Shown: one piece after another, positions 52,447 to 61,508 of the stretch | How the letters are laid out: each line of letters begins with the position of its first letter | How positions within the stretch are numbered: the stretch's first letter is position 1 | NCBI GenBank assembly: GCA_963758495.1 | Contig: CAVWVI010000003.1 | Span: 1,376,001-1,440,000, forward strand | Origin: Oligoflexia bacterium | GTDB taxonomy: Bacteria > Bdellovibrionota > UBA1018 | Length of the DNA: 64,000 bases | Reading direction: 5' to 3' | Position numbers and translations under genes: made by a program | Notes under the pieces: model-generated | What the model saw: the letters and a program-made list of their open reading frames with translations, nothing else | What the model was told of the DNA's origin: nothing | The model's database searches: none

Positions 52447-54328
52447 GTTTTTTCTGTTCTTTATTAGAGTGCATTTTAAGATAAATCATCAAATTCGCGA
52501 CTGCCGCTGGGGTAACTCCCGCCATCCGAGACGCTTGCCCGATTGTTTCAGGTCGAGTCTGCCTCAAACGTCCTTTAATTTCATTCGAAAGACCGGGAAT
52601 TTCATCAAAATTAAGCATCAACGGAATTTTGGTCATTTCGCTTTTTCTGACCCCTTCCATGAGCTCTAAATCTCGTTTGATATAGCCTTCATATTTTGTC
52701 TGAATCTCGACCTGCTCTTGGATATCATGTTCGACATCTATTCCTGGAAATCCAAGCTCGCAAAGTCCTGCCCAATCCACTTCTGGCCTACGTAAAAATG
52801 CTTCAGCTGAAACCCTATCTTTTAGCGGGCTCATTCCCTGATTTGATAACCAACCATTCACTTCTTTGGTAGGTAAAAAATGAAATCCGGCTATTTCCTT
52901 ACGCCATTTTTCAATGTTATTTCTTCGCTTCTCAAAAAGTGCATACTGATCATCACTTAAAAGACCTAGCTTATGCCCTGCCTCACTTAAACGAAGGTCA
53001 GCGTTATCTTCTCGCAATAACAATCGATACTCTGCCCGGGAAGTAAACATACGATAAGGCTCATCCGCACCTTTTAGAACCAAATCGTCCGCCAAAACCC
53101 CTATATATCCATCCGAACGAGATACAATAAACGGATCACGCTCTTTCACAACTAAAGCCGCATTAATTCCAGCAATCAGCCCCTGGGCTCCCGCTTCTTC
53201 ATAGCCAGAAGTTCCATTGATTTGACCCCCAAAAAACAGCCCTGAAATATCTTTAGATTCAAAACTTGCGCGAAGCTGCCTTGCATCGATGCAATCGTAT
53301 TCCACGGCATAGCCGTAGCGAACAAAAACAGCCTTTTCGAGGCCTACTATCGAATGAACGAATTTCTCTTGAACATCTCTAGGTAGACTTGTGGAAATCC
53401 CATTCACATAGACTTCTTCTGTCGTAAGCCCTTCTGGCTCGAGAAAGATTTGGTGCCGATCTCGCTCTCGAAACCGTTTTACTTTATCTTCGATAGAAGG
53501 ACAGTAACGAGGTCCAAGTCCCTGAATCATTCCCGTAAACATAGGAGAACGGGAGAAGTTCTCCTCAATAATCTCGTGAGTTCTTGCATTAGTGTAAGTA
53601 ATAAAACAGTTAATCTGAGGCAGTACCGGAAAGGTAGGGGGCTTATAGTAAAAAGAGAAAGGAATCGGCCTTTCATCACCTGGTTGGGGCTCTACCTGAG
53701 AATAGTTAATACTATCCCGATGCAATCGAGGTGGCGTTCCTGTTTTCAGCCGCCCCAAACGAAAGCCAAGCCGTTCCAAGCTTCCACTTAATCCTAAAGA
53801 TGCTTGATCTCCTAGCCTTCCTCCTTCCGTCTGTTCAAACCCTGTAAACATGACGGCCTTTAAAAAGGTTCCAGAAGTAATCACTACGGCTCGGCAGTGA
53901 ATCTGGCTCTCGTCTGAAAGCTGAACTCCTAGAACGCGCTTTCCATCCGACAGAATTTCAGTCGCTTCCATGGGAAGTAGGGTTAAGTTTGGAACTTCGA
54001 GCAAGTATTCTTGCATTCGCTGAGCATAAAGAGCCTTGTCGCATTGTGCGCGTGATGATCTGACAGCAGGTCCTTTGCTAGCATTGAGTCGACGGTATTG
54101 AATCGCTGTCTTATCGGTGTTCATACCCATCACCCCACCGAGAGCATCGATTTCCTTAATGAGTTGCCCTTTAGCCAACCCTCCCATTGCGGGATTACAC
54201 GACATAAAACCAATTCGACTAAAATTTAAAGAAAGAAGTGCCGTTGAACAACCCATCCGCGCAGCGGCGTGAGCAGCCTCACAGCCAGCATGGCCTCCTC
54301 CAATAACGATAACATCAAAACTTTTCAT
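52439..54328 (-). CDS. mnmG: tRNA uridine-5-carboxymethylaminomethyl modification enzyme MnmG (GidA)
   Basis: GGGHAGCEAA, SCNPAMGG, KTGTPPR, GPRYCPSIEDK, GQINGTSGYEEA. Confidence 0.99.
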   Translation of the reverse strand: MKSFDVIVIGGGHAGCEAAHAAARMGCSTALLSLNFSRIGFMSCNPAMGGLAKGQLIKEIDALGGVMGMNTDKTAIQYRRLNASKGPAVRSSRAQCDKALYAQRMQEYLLEVPNLTLLPMEATEILSDGKRVLGVQLSDESQIHCRAVVITSGTFLKAVMFTGFEQTEGGRLGDQASLGLSGSLERLGFRLGRLKTGTPPRLHRDSINYSQVEPQPGDERPIPFSFYYKPPTFPVLPQINCFITYTNARTHEIIEENFSRSPMFTGMIQGLGPRYCPSIEDKVKRFRERDRHQIFLEPEGLTTEEVYVNGISTSLPRDVQEKFVHSIVGLEKAVFVRYGYAVEYDCIDARQLRASFESKDISGLFFGGQINGTSGYEEAGAQGLIAGINAALVVKERDPFIVSRSDGYIGVLADDLVLKGADEPYRMFTSRAEYRLLLREDNADLRLSEAGHKLGLLSDDQYALFEKRRNNIEKWRKEIAGFHFLPTKEVNGWLSNQGMSPLKDRVSAEAFLRRPEVDWAGLCELGFPGIDVEHDIQEQVEIQTKYEGYIKRDLELMEGVRKSEMTKIPLMLNFDEIPGLSNEIKGRLRQTRPETIGQASRMAGVTPAAVANLMIYLKMHSNKEQKKHV

Positions 54329-54422
54329 GAGGAGGGCAGAACTACCATTAGACGTCAGTTCTTGTCAACCATTGGATCCCCTGCTTGAGTAATCGCCTTA
54401 GATTTGGCAGAGTCACCTGGAC

Positions 54423-54773
54423 ATGGAACACGAAACTACCCAAAAAGAGCGAAATATTGCAGTGATCATGCACCTTAGCCCTCTCATGGGAGTCCTCATA
54501 CCCTTACTTGGATTCATTATTCCTATTGGACTATGGTATTTCAAAAAAGAGGAGTCTGAATTTATCAACGAAAGAGGAAAAGAAATCTTCAACTTCATGA
54601 TTACTGCTCTCATTGAAACCGCGGTTTCAATGGGGCTTACCTTCATCTTAATTGGTTATCTTTTCCTGTATTTAATCGGTCTGTATGTCGTCATTTTCTC
54701 TATCATTGCCGCTCTAAGAACCAGCGAAGGCGAAGAATACCGATACCCTTTCATCATAAGATTAATTAAATAA
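54423..54773 (+). CDS. DUF4870/Tic20-like small membrane protein
   Basis: A...HLS...P...W..K..S.FI...GKE..NF...YRYPF.IR. Confidence 0.85.
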   Translation: MEHETTQKERNIAVIMHLSPLMGVLIPLLGFIIPIGLWYFKKEESEFINERGKEIFNFMITALIETAVSMGLTFILIGYLFLYLIGLYVVIFSIIAALRTSEGEEYRYPFIIRLIK

Positions 54774-54811
54774 TATCAATTAAATTAGGTACTTATTTTA
54801 TTTTTAAAGAA

Positions 54812-54850
54812 TAAGAAGCACCCTGTTCTTTTCGAAAAAGGTGCTTCTTA
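54812..54850. terminator. probable bidirectional terminator hairpin
   Basis: TAAGAAGCACC...GGTGCTTCTTA between convergent genes. Confidence 0.7.
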
Positions 54851-54857
54851 CCTGATT

Positions 54858-56435
54858 TTACATCAAAGGACTACTCGACTGATTTTTATCAGCCAACTGC
54901 TTCGCCCCCGTATCGAGATTCTCATGGAAAGCATTATAGATTTCCGACAGATCTTCCACAGTCATCGTAATTGTGGAACCTGCCTTACAACTATCGAGCT
55001 GTGAAACCTTGACTTTCAGAGAAACTAAACCGGAGTTTCCAATCATTTGCTCTCTTTGGATCATGTCTCCTACTTCCAGGATACAGCTTCCATTGGAACC
55101 ATTATCATAGGTCTTGCCGGAATTACTCGATACCAAGAAAACATACCGATCGTCTTTAAGGGCTGCCTCAAATCCTGTATTCATCGGAGTGCTATTCTGT
55201 CGATCCTGTGTAACCTGCTCAACCTGACTTGCCAGTTGATCCTGGACCTCCTGATTCACTGCTGTGGAACCTGAAGCCTGGTTTGAAACATCCGCGGCTG
55301 CCTGGGCAGTTTCCGCCGCAGCTCGGGCGGAATCGGAAGCAGCCTGTGCCGCTTGCGCAGCTTCAGCGTCTACCTGAGCCCGGATTTGCTGAGCTTCTTC
55401 TTCAGACTCAGCCGCCGATACTCGATCAGCATTCGCCTGCCTAGCAGCTTCTCTCGCTGCTTCAAGCCTGGACTCCCAGGCCACTTCCAAATTGGAGGCG
55501 ATAATCCAATCCACTAGAGCATAGCTAGGACGATAGTAGTTTCTGGCCCAGTATCCATAAGGACGCCAGTACCATCCCGAATAGTGATGGTACCAACCAT
55601 AAGAAGGCCAAGGGTTATTATTCCAATAGTTATATCCCCAAATTGGATTATAGGGATTGCCGTAACCCCCGCCAAAAAGGGCAAATTCAAACGCACCGAA
55701 AACTAATGAGCTTTCATAAAATCGAAGGGGTGAATGCCAGTATTGGCAGCCAAAACTCCCGTAGCTTCGATTGAACGACAAATTGCCGTTGATCAAACTA
55801 CTATGATACGAATAATTTCGAACTACGATCGATTGATTATTCCGAATCACGATTTTTTCGTTGAAGGTCTGATTGCCGCGCTGGACTGTCCGGCTTCCGT
55901 CAGCATGATAATTGATTTTCGTACCCCCATAAGCTTCCGAAGTCGGCTTCCCGGCAGAATCAAAAGAAGTCGTTCTTCCTCCCGAATGCACCACTTGCGA
56001 ACCATCCTGATGCACCACGGTTCTCGATCCATCTGCGTAGTGGCGAACTTCGCCCCCTCTCGGTAATGGCTCAACGTGATGAGGTGCGGAAGCGGGTGGG
56101 GCTGGTGGATTATGTGCCACCGGTGGGTTGTGTGGCCCGGAAGGTTGTCCGGGAGGATTGTGAACTACGGGCGGATTAACGTGTGAAGGTGGGTTAACAT
56201 GCGGAGGATTAATATGCGGGGGTGGGTTAACGTGGGGTGGCGGATTAATGTGCGGTGGCGGATTGACGTGTGGAGGTGGATTAATGTGCGGGGGTGGGTT
56301 GACGTGTGGAGGTGGATTAAAATGCGGCATTGAGCCTCCTCCCCCAAAGTGAGGCATCGCCAAAGTGGAGGAAGTGCCACCTAGCAAATTGGCAATGATC
56401 AATAGACCGAAAGCTTGGATTGATGTGAATTTCAT
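54858..56435 (-). CDS. exported protein with Pro/His repeats, aromatic-rich segment and Ala-rich coiled coil
   Basis: Signal peptide from MKFTSIQ (56435; ORF track starts at 56561). (H[V/I]NPPP)n, YHADGSRT repeats, W/Y-rich region, C-terminal domain with two Cys. Confidence 0.75.
   Translation of the reverse strand: MKFTSIQAFGLLIIANLLGGTSSTLAMPHFGGGGSMPHFNPPPHVNPPPHINPPPHVNPPPHINPPPHVNPPPHINPPHVNPPSHVNPPVVHNPPGQPSGPHNPPVAHNPPAPPASAPHHVEPLPRGGEVRHYADGSRTVVHQDGSQVVHSGGRTTSFDSAGKPTSEAYGGTKINYHADGSRTVQRGNQTFNEKIVIRNNQSIVVRNYSYHSSLINGNLSFNRSYGSFGCQYWHSPLRFYESSLVFGAFEFALFGGGYGNPYNPIWGYNYWNNNPWPSYGWYHHYSGWYWRPYGYWARNYYRPSYALVDWIIASNLEVAWESRLEAAREAARQANADRVSAAESEEEAQQIRAQVDAEAAQAAQAASDSARAAAETAQAAADVSNQASGSTAVNQEVQDQLASQVEQVTQDRQNSTPMNTGFEAALKDDRYVFLVSSNSGKTYDNGSNGSCILEVGDMIQREQMIGNSGLVSLKVKVSQLDSCKAGSTITMTVEDLSEIYNAFHENLDTGAKQLADKNQSSSPLM
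56160..56330 (-). repeat. ~9 x 18-bp degenerate coding repeat H[V/I/F]NPPP
   Basis: Visible in the translation PHFNPPPHVNPPPHINPPP... Confidence 0.9.
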
Positions 56436-56651
56436 TCGTTTTACCTGTTTTACCTTTGCTTTTGATTCGAGAATTTCGACTGACTGTGACTGGAATGACG
56501 CGTGAGTTCGAGAAAGCCCCCCTTTCTTCAGTTGCGCGTCAATATTTGCCGCTCGTCGCAAATTGTCAAAGGTAAAATAACGCTCGATGACAAGTTTATT
56601 TAGTGTCGCTTCGTGAGTTTCTGGGTCGAAGCTTTCGATAGTGGAGAAGAC

Positions 56652-58133
56652 TCAGAAATCCGATGAAATCCGAGGACGAGACAATACCTCATCCGCGTAC
56701 TTAAAAAACTGCCCCAAACCTTGATCGTTTTCCTTATTAACATTAAGGTGTCCATACCATCTGACCTTTTCTTCTCTGTCAGACATGAACTCTTTTCCTA
56801 GTTTTCCAAAAAATTTTCCCAAAGGACGTCCTAGTTCAGAACGGGTATCAAAAAGCGCCATTTCCCAGGGATGGTTCCAAGATCGTATCCTTTTTTCAAT
56901 TTTTTCAAGTTCTTCTTTTGATAGCTGGCTCAAGAACAACTCGGGGTTGAGGTCATCCATATCGTGAATCAAAGCATTATGACGAAACCGATCTCTTAAT
57001 TTTTCAACATTGCGCTCCGGACCATATGAATTCTTCAGCCATTGGATAAATTGATCAGCAAGCAAATCCTTCGGCTGTCCACCAAAAACAGGTGGATCGT
57101 ACTCAAATCCATAGGGTGCCCAAATGTACCCTCCATACTCATACCCCATACCGTATTCGTAACCAGTCCAGGCTTTAAGGGTTATTTGTGCATTAGGATT
57201 TTCTGTAAACTTTCGTAGAAGTTCGATATTGGCCATCATGAATTTGGCGGTAAGTCCTGCTCCCCTCAGCGAACGATCTTTCATGAAAATCTGCTCAATA
57301 CAAAGGTGAGGAAATCCTCCCCCAATCAGAGTCATTTCTGCCATTCCAGCAAAATCACCCTTTTGATTTTTAAAGCGAAGTGAAAGTTTCATGGATTCAA
57401 TTGGCCAGCCTTTTTCTGGACTTCTTCGAGTGATCTCCACTTGCGTTGACCCTGTTTCCAAGAGATTTTGGAATATTTTATCTATCACTTCTTGAGTCAA
57501 GTGTTCAACATGGGCTATCAGTGAATGTATTAAAGAGTGGTTATTGTCATTGTCTCGCTTTTGCTTGATTTTGCTTAATTCAGCGTTGATTCCACCGTTT
57601 TTAGATCCCACGATACCCATGGAATCCGTGAGACACTCCGTCTCAGCTTTTTGCTCCTGGTGTGAGCGGTTTGAAATAACGTGCTCGAGAGCATTGAGTG
57701 CTATCTCCGTGAGCACCTTTTCGTAATCCACATGAGGAGCGTCCCCAATGTGTTCTAAACCTCGCCAGATCTCACCATAGAGTTTGATGAGTTCGATTTT
57801 ATCAGTCATTTCTTTGAGCTGATTCGTGGGCTGATGAGTGGCCTCATGAGTTCCTTTGCTCTTCAGTTCTTCATATTGCTCTTCAGCCTTTTTCCTCAAA
57901 ACGTCGATCTGACTTGCGGATTTCTCAAGAGCAAACGAGACGATTCTTTTTTTGGCTTCATCTGAACGCACATTCGGAATATAACAGGCTGCGTACGCAA
58001 CATTGTCCCGAACGTATGTTTTAGCTTCTTCAAGTGGATTGTTTGCAAAACTAGCAATTGGAATAAAAATGGAAACAAAAACGAAAAATGTAGCCTCTAC
58101 GCACCACCTTAAACCCCATTTAGTATCCAGCAT
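56652..58133 (-). CDS. exported hypothetical protein with GNAT-like C-terminal half
   Basis: Signal peptide (ASFA); LRGAGLT...ITLKA...GGYIWAPYGF. Confidence 0.6.
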   Translation of the reverse strand: MLDTKWGLRWCVEATFFVFVSIFIPIASFANNPLEEAKTYVRDNVAYAACYIPNVRSDEAKKRIVSFALEKSASQIDVLRKKAEEQYEELKSKGTHEATHQPTNQLKEMTDKIELIKLYGEIWRGLEHIGDAPHVDYEKVLTEIALNALEHVISNRSHQEQKAETECLTDSMGIVGSKNGGINAELSKIKQKRDNDNNHSLIHSLIAHVEHLTQEVIDKIFQNLLETGSTQVEITRRSPEKGWPIESMKLSLRFKNQKGDFAGMAEMTLIGGGFPHLCIEQIFMKDRSLRGAGLTAKFMMANIELLRKFTENPNAQITLKAWTGYEYGMGYEYGGYIWAPYGFEYDPPVFGGQPKDLLADQFIQWLKNSYGPERNVEKLRDRFRHNALIHDMDDLNPELFLSQLSKEELEKIEKRIRSWNHPWEMALFDTRSELGRPLGKFFGKLGKEFMSDREEKVRWYGHLNVNKENDQGLGQFFKYADEVLSRPRISSDF

Positions 58134-58349
58134 CTAACTTACCCCATATTTACATTAGAATGAATTGAACTTTTGATCTCGGAGATCCATATCTCATATA
58201 TAAATTTATCATATATATTAACTTCTTATCCAATCCTATTTTCTGAAAACCCTTTACGATAGGCTCAGATTTCGCTAGAATTATTTCTAGCCAAGCAAGC
58301 CACTCGACACAAACCGGTTTTTTATCCACCTGCTAGTACGGAGTTAGAA

Positions 58350-59288
58350 ATGAGAAATATCTTTAAGAATAACACCAAAAAAGCCATCCCAGCATTGCTC
58401 TTACTGTTTCTCAGCAGCTCCATATTCGCCGGAGGTGGCAGCAGCGAAAATGAGGCAAAGCATATTTACACCCCAGGTGAATGGGGCTTCTCTTCGGATC
58501 ACTTGCCAATTGGAGCTAAAATTCAACTAGGTCAGGACTCTGTACGCATCGCTAGTTTCAACGTGCTCAACGAAAACTTCAAAAAGTCGATCAAAGCAGG
58601 ACAGAAGCTGGAGGGAAGTACTTTAGATCAACTATCCGAGGACGAGCGGAACAAGGAAAATCTGAATATCATCATTTATTCTATGAACCATGACAAGGTA
58701 GGAATTTTTTGCCTTCAAGAAGTGAATTCAAAATTCTTCAACTTACTATCCAATGCTTTGGACTCCACTCAATACGCGATCAAGCGTGCGCAAAGCGGAA
58801 CTAAAGATGACTACGGTCTGATCATCTATGACAAAACTAGATTTGAGGAAAACACGACTCAAGAGGACTGGGAAAAAATCGAGGCCTACTCCGGTAAAGA
58901 GGGTAAGAAGAATAAATACATTCATGATCTTTCTCTCATTCATAAGAAAGGGCATGAAATATTCCATTTCATTAATACCCACGCGGAATTTCAAGAAGGA
59001 GATCATCTGGCTCAATACCTCAATCGAGTCAATGGCCCTGTTGTAGCAATGGGGGACTTAAACCTTGGCTTTCATACAAAAACGCCGAAGACCCATATTG
59101 AACATGACCTTATGCAACAATTACCGCACTACCACTTGCTGAAGGACCACTCTACCTATACTCATGTGAGTACGGATCAGAATCTGGATGTATTTGACCA
59201 TATTCTTTACAAAGACCTGACGATCTTGCCCGATCCAGAATTAGTTCAATCTATGCGTAAAACATTTACTCTTAAAAATAGAAATTAA
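58350..59288 (+). CDS. secreted endonuclease/exonuclease/phosphatase (EEP) family protein
   Basis: SFNV, CLQEV, NTH, MGDLN, FDHI. The SDH motif appears permuted to the N-terminus (FSSDHLPI). Confidence 0.85.
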   Translation: MRNIFKNNTKKAIPALLLLFLSSSIFAGGGSSENEAKHIYTPGEWGFSSDHLPIGAKIQLGQDSVRIASFNVLNENFKKSIKAGQKLEGSTLDQLSEDERNKENLNIIIYSMNHDKVGIFCLQEVNSKFFNLLSNALDSTQYAIKRAQSGTKDDYGLIIYDKTRFEENTTQEDWEKIEAYSGKEGKKNKYIHDLSLIHKKGHEIFHFINTHAEFQEGDHLAQYLNRVNGPVVAMGDLNLGFHTKTPKTHIEHDLMQQLPHYHLLKDHSTYTHVSTDQNLDVFDHILYKDLTILPDPELVQSMRKTFTLKNRN

Positions 59289-59371
59289 ATGCATTGAAAA
59301 TGCTTGGCTATAATTCACCCTATTAAAATTAACACAACTCCTATAACAGAAAATAAGTGTAGGGTGGCCCC

Positions 59372-60109
59372 ATGAAAGAAGAAAAAAATCATCAACACCG
59401 AGTCATTTTAGTTTCAGGAGCAAATAAAGGAATTGGATTTGAGCTATGCCGACAATTTGCACAAAAAGGGCTCTCCGTGATCTTGACAGCCCGAGACTCA
59501 GATCGAGGAAATGCCGCAGTCAATCGACTTAAAAAGGAGAGCCTCACCACTATTTTCTGTCCACTCGATGTCAGCGACGATTCTTCCGTCGATCAGTGCT
59601 TTCAGTTTGTGAAAGAAAAATTCGGGCGCTTAGACTATCTGGTAAATAATGCAGGAGTCCTCTTTGATTCAATGAGTAATCCGCAAAACCATGGCAGCGC
59701 ATCCATCCTCAAGACCAACCTCGACGTCATTCGTAAATCCATTGAAATCAATACCTTCGGAGCGATCCGCATGGCTCAACATTTTGCTCCACTGATGTTA
59801 AATAATAAATTTGGCCGTATTATAAACATCTCCAGTGGAATGGCGCAATTGAGCGAAATGAATGGTGGTTGGCCCGGATATAGAATCAGCAAAGTTGCTT
59901 TGAATGCTGTCACCCGAATGTTAGCAGATGAACTCTCAAGCACTCCTATTACTGTCGTGTCTGTTTGTCCCGGCTGGGTAAAAACCGATATGGGAGGTCC
60001 GCAAGCTGAGATTCCTGTTCAAGAGGCCGCAGAGCATATTGTACGAACGATGCTGGAATTCAATAACACGGGAGAGTTCGTTCGATTTAATAAACAGATT
60101 GATTGGTGA
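59372..60109 (+). CDS. short-chain dehydrogenase/reductase (carbonyl-reductase-like)
   Basis: SGANKGIG, NNAG, ISSG, YRISK, CPGWVKTDMGG. Confidence 0.95.
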   Translation: MKEEKNHQHRVILVSGANKGIGFELCRQFAQKGLSVILTARDSDRGNAAVNRLKKESLTTIFCPLDVSDDSSVDQCFQFVKEKFGRLDYLVNNAGVLFDSMSNPQNHGSASILKTNLDVIRKSIEINTFGAIRMAQHFAPLMLNNKFGRIINISSGMAQLSEMNGGWPGYRISKVALNAVTRMLADELSSTPITVVSVCPGWVKTDMGGPQAEIPVQEAAEHIVRTMLEFNNTGEFVRFNKQIDW

Positions 60110-60157
60110 ATTTTTGAGTGCTTCCATTAATATATACTTAAATAAAACCTCAAAAAA

Positions 60158-61333
60158 CTATAAGTCCATTTCACGTAACAGCTTTTGTATCGGCAAAACC
60201 CAGGTGTCTTCAATTCTCTTTTCCTGATCGTCCATCGTAACAACGACAGGTGTGTAATTCTCCCCAATATACCGGGAGAATTCGCGTAGGGGTCGTATGT
60301 CTCCTGCGGTCAGATTTGAACTCGCTTTAACTTCGATTGCCCAGACATGGTTCCTAAGCTTTATTATGAAATCAATTTCGAGCCCTCCTCGGGTCCTAAA
60401 ACTGGAAATTTCGATTCGCTCATCCTTGGACTGGGCCGACTGTATCAGTTGGTTAAACACCAAATGCTCCGCCAGTAATCCAATTCGATCAGATGATGCA
60501 ACAAAATTTCCAAGGATTCCATTGAGGACCCCCTGATCGAAAAAGAAGAATTTAGGGTGTTTTACTAAATCTGCGCCTTCAGTATAAGTACACGGGAGAA
60601 CTTTACGCGCTACCAAAGTGTCTTCAAGAATCTCAAAAAATCTGACACACGATTGGCGAGAGACTCGAGCTTTGGTGGATACCTTGCTCAAATCAAGAAC
60701 TTTGCCTGAGTTTTCAGCAGCGACAAAAATAAAGCGTGAGAACCCCTCAAGGTTACGGGTAAGTGCTTCGGCTTGGATTTCTTCAGTTAAATAGGTTGCA
60801 GCATAGCTCTCAAGTAACTTTTCCTGAAATTTCCTTTCGTTTGATAAATAAGGTTCAGGAAGAAATCCCATTTCCAGCCCTTTTTTTATATCAACATTAT
60901 ATTTTAATTCATTCCCGGCCAACGGGCCAAGTTGAAAGGTAAAAATTCTACCGGGAAGAAGATTTGCTCCTCCTCGCCGTAATTTTCGAGCACTGGAGCC
61001 TGAAAGAAAGAATTTTAGATTTCCCCACTTATCAGGTCGATCTAAGAGACTTTGAACTGTATTCAGCAGAGTTGTTAATTTTTGAACTTCATCAATAAAA
61101 ACAGTGAACTGCTGCTCAAATTTCCCGCCACCAGGAAGAAATGCTTTCAACTTCTGCTCAAGCAACCCAGGATTACTAGAAAATGCCAAATATTCCGATT
61201 GATTAGCAAGATTAATCTCTAAATCAGGCGACAGTGTGCGGATTAACGTGGACTTCCCTACTTGGCGTGGACCGAGTAAAAGAACACTTTTTGGAGAAGC
61301 TTCAAGACTTTTAGATATCAATCTGTTAAGCAT
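60158..61333 (-). CDS. AAA+ ATPase with DUF4143 / PD-(D/E)xK-like C-terminus
   Basis: GPRQVGKST, IDEVQ, SGSSA, LPGR, PKFFFFDQG, EIDF...AIEVK. Confidence 0.9.
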   Translation of the reverse strand: MLNRLISKSLEASPKSVLLLGPRQVGKSTLIRTLSPDLEINLANQSEYLAFSSNPGLLEQKLKAFLPGGGKFEQQFTVFIDEVQKLTTLLNTVQSLLDRPDKWGNLKFFLSGSSARKLRRGGANLLPGRIFTFQLGPLAGNELKYNVDIKKGLEMGFLPEPYLSNERKFQEKLLESYAATYLTEEIQAEALTRNLEGFSRFIFVAAENSGKVLDLSKVSTKARVSRQSCVRFFEILEDTLVARKVLPCTYTEGADLVKHPKFFFFDQGVLNGILGNFVASSDRIGLLAEHLVFNQLIQSAQSKDERIEISSFRTRGGLEIDFIIKLRNHVWAIEVKASSNLTAGDIRPLREFSRYIGENYTPVVVTMDDQEKRIEDTWVLPIQKLLREMDL

Positions 61334-61424
61334 ATGGACAAATTTACATACTTTTTAGCCAAAAAGCTATCGACTTGCATGTTTTTTTATAGCTTCAGGT
61401 ATGTTTTAAGTATTCAGAGGAAGC

Positions 61425-61490
61425 TTGACGTCCTCCCCTGCCTAAAGGCTGGCCTTGCGGCCACCTGCCCAACGCAGGAGGGGATTCCCT
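61425..61490 (-). mobile_element. IS200/IS605-like right-end remnant
   Basis: Minus strand reads GGAATCCCCCTCC...GCCTTTAGGCAGGGGAGGACGTCAA, resembling tnpB-element right ends that terminate in TCAA (pattern recall). Confidence 0.5.
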
Positions 61491-61508
61491 TAAGCGACTT
61501 TCGTCGCT

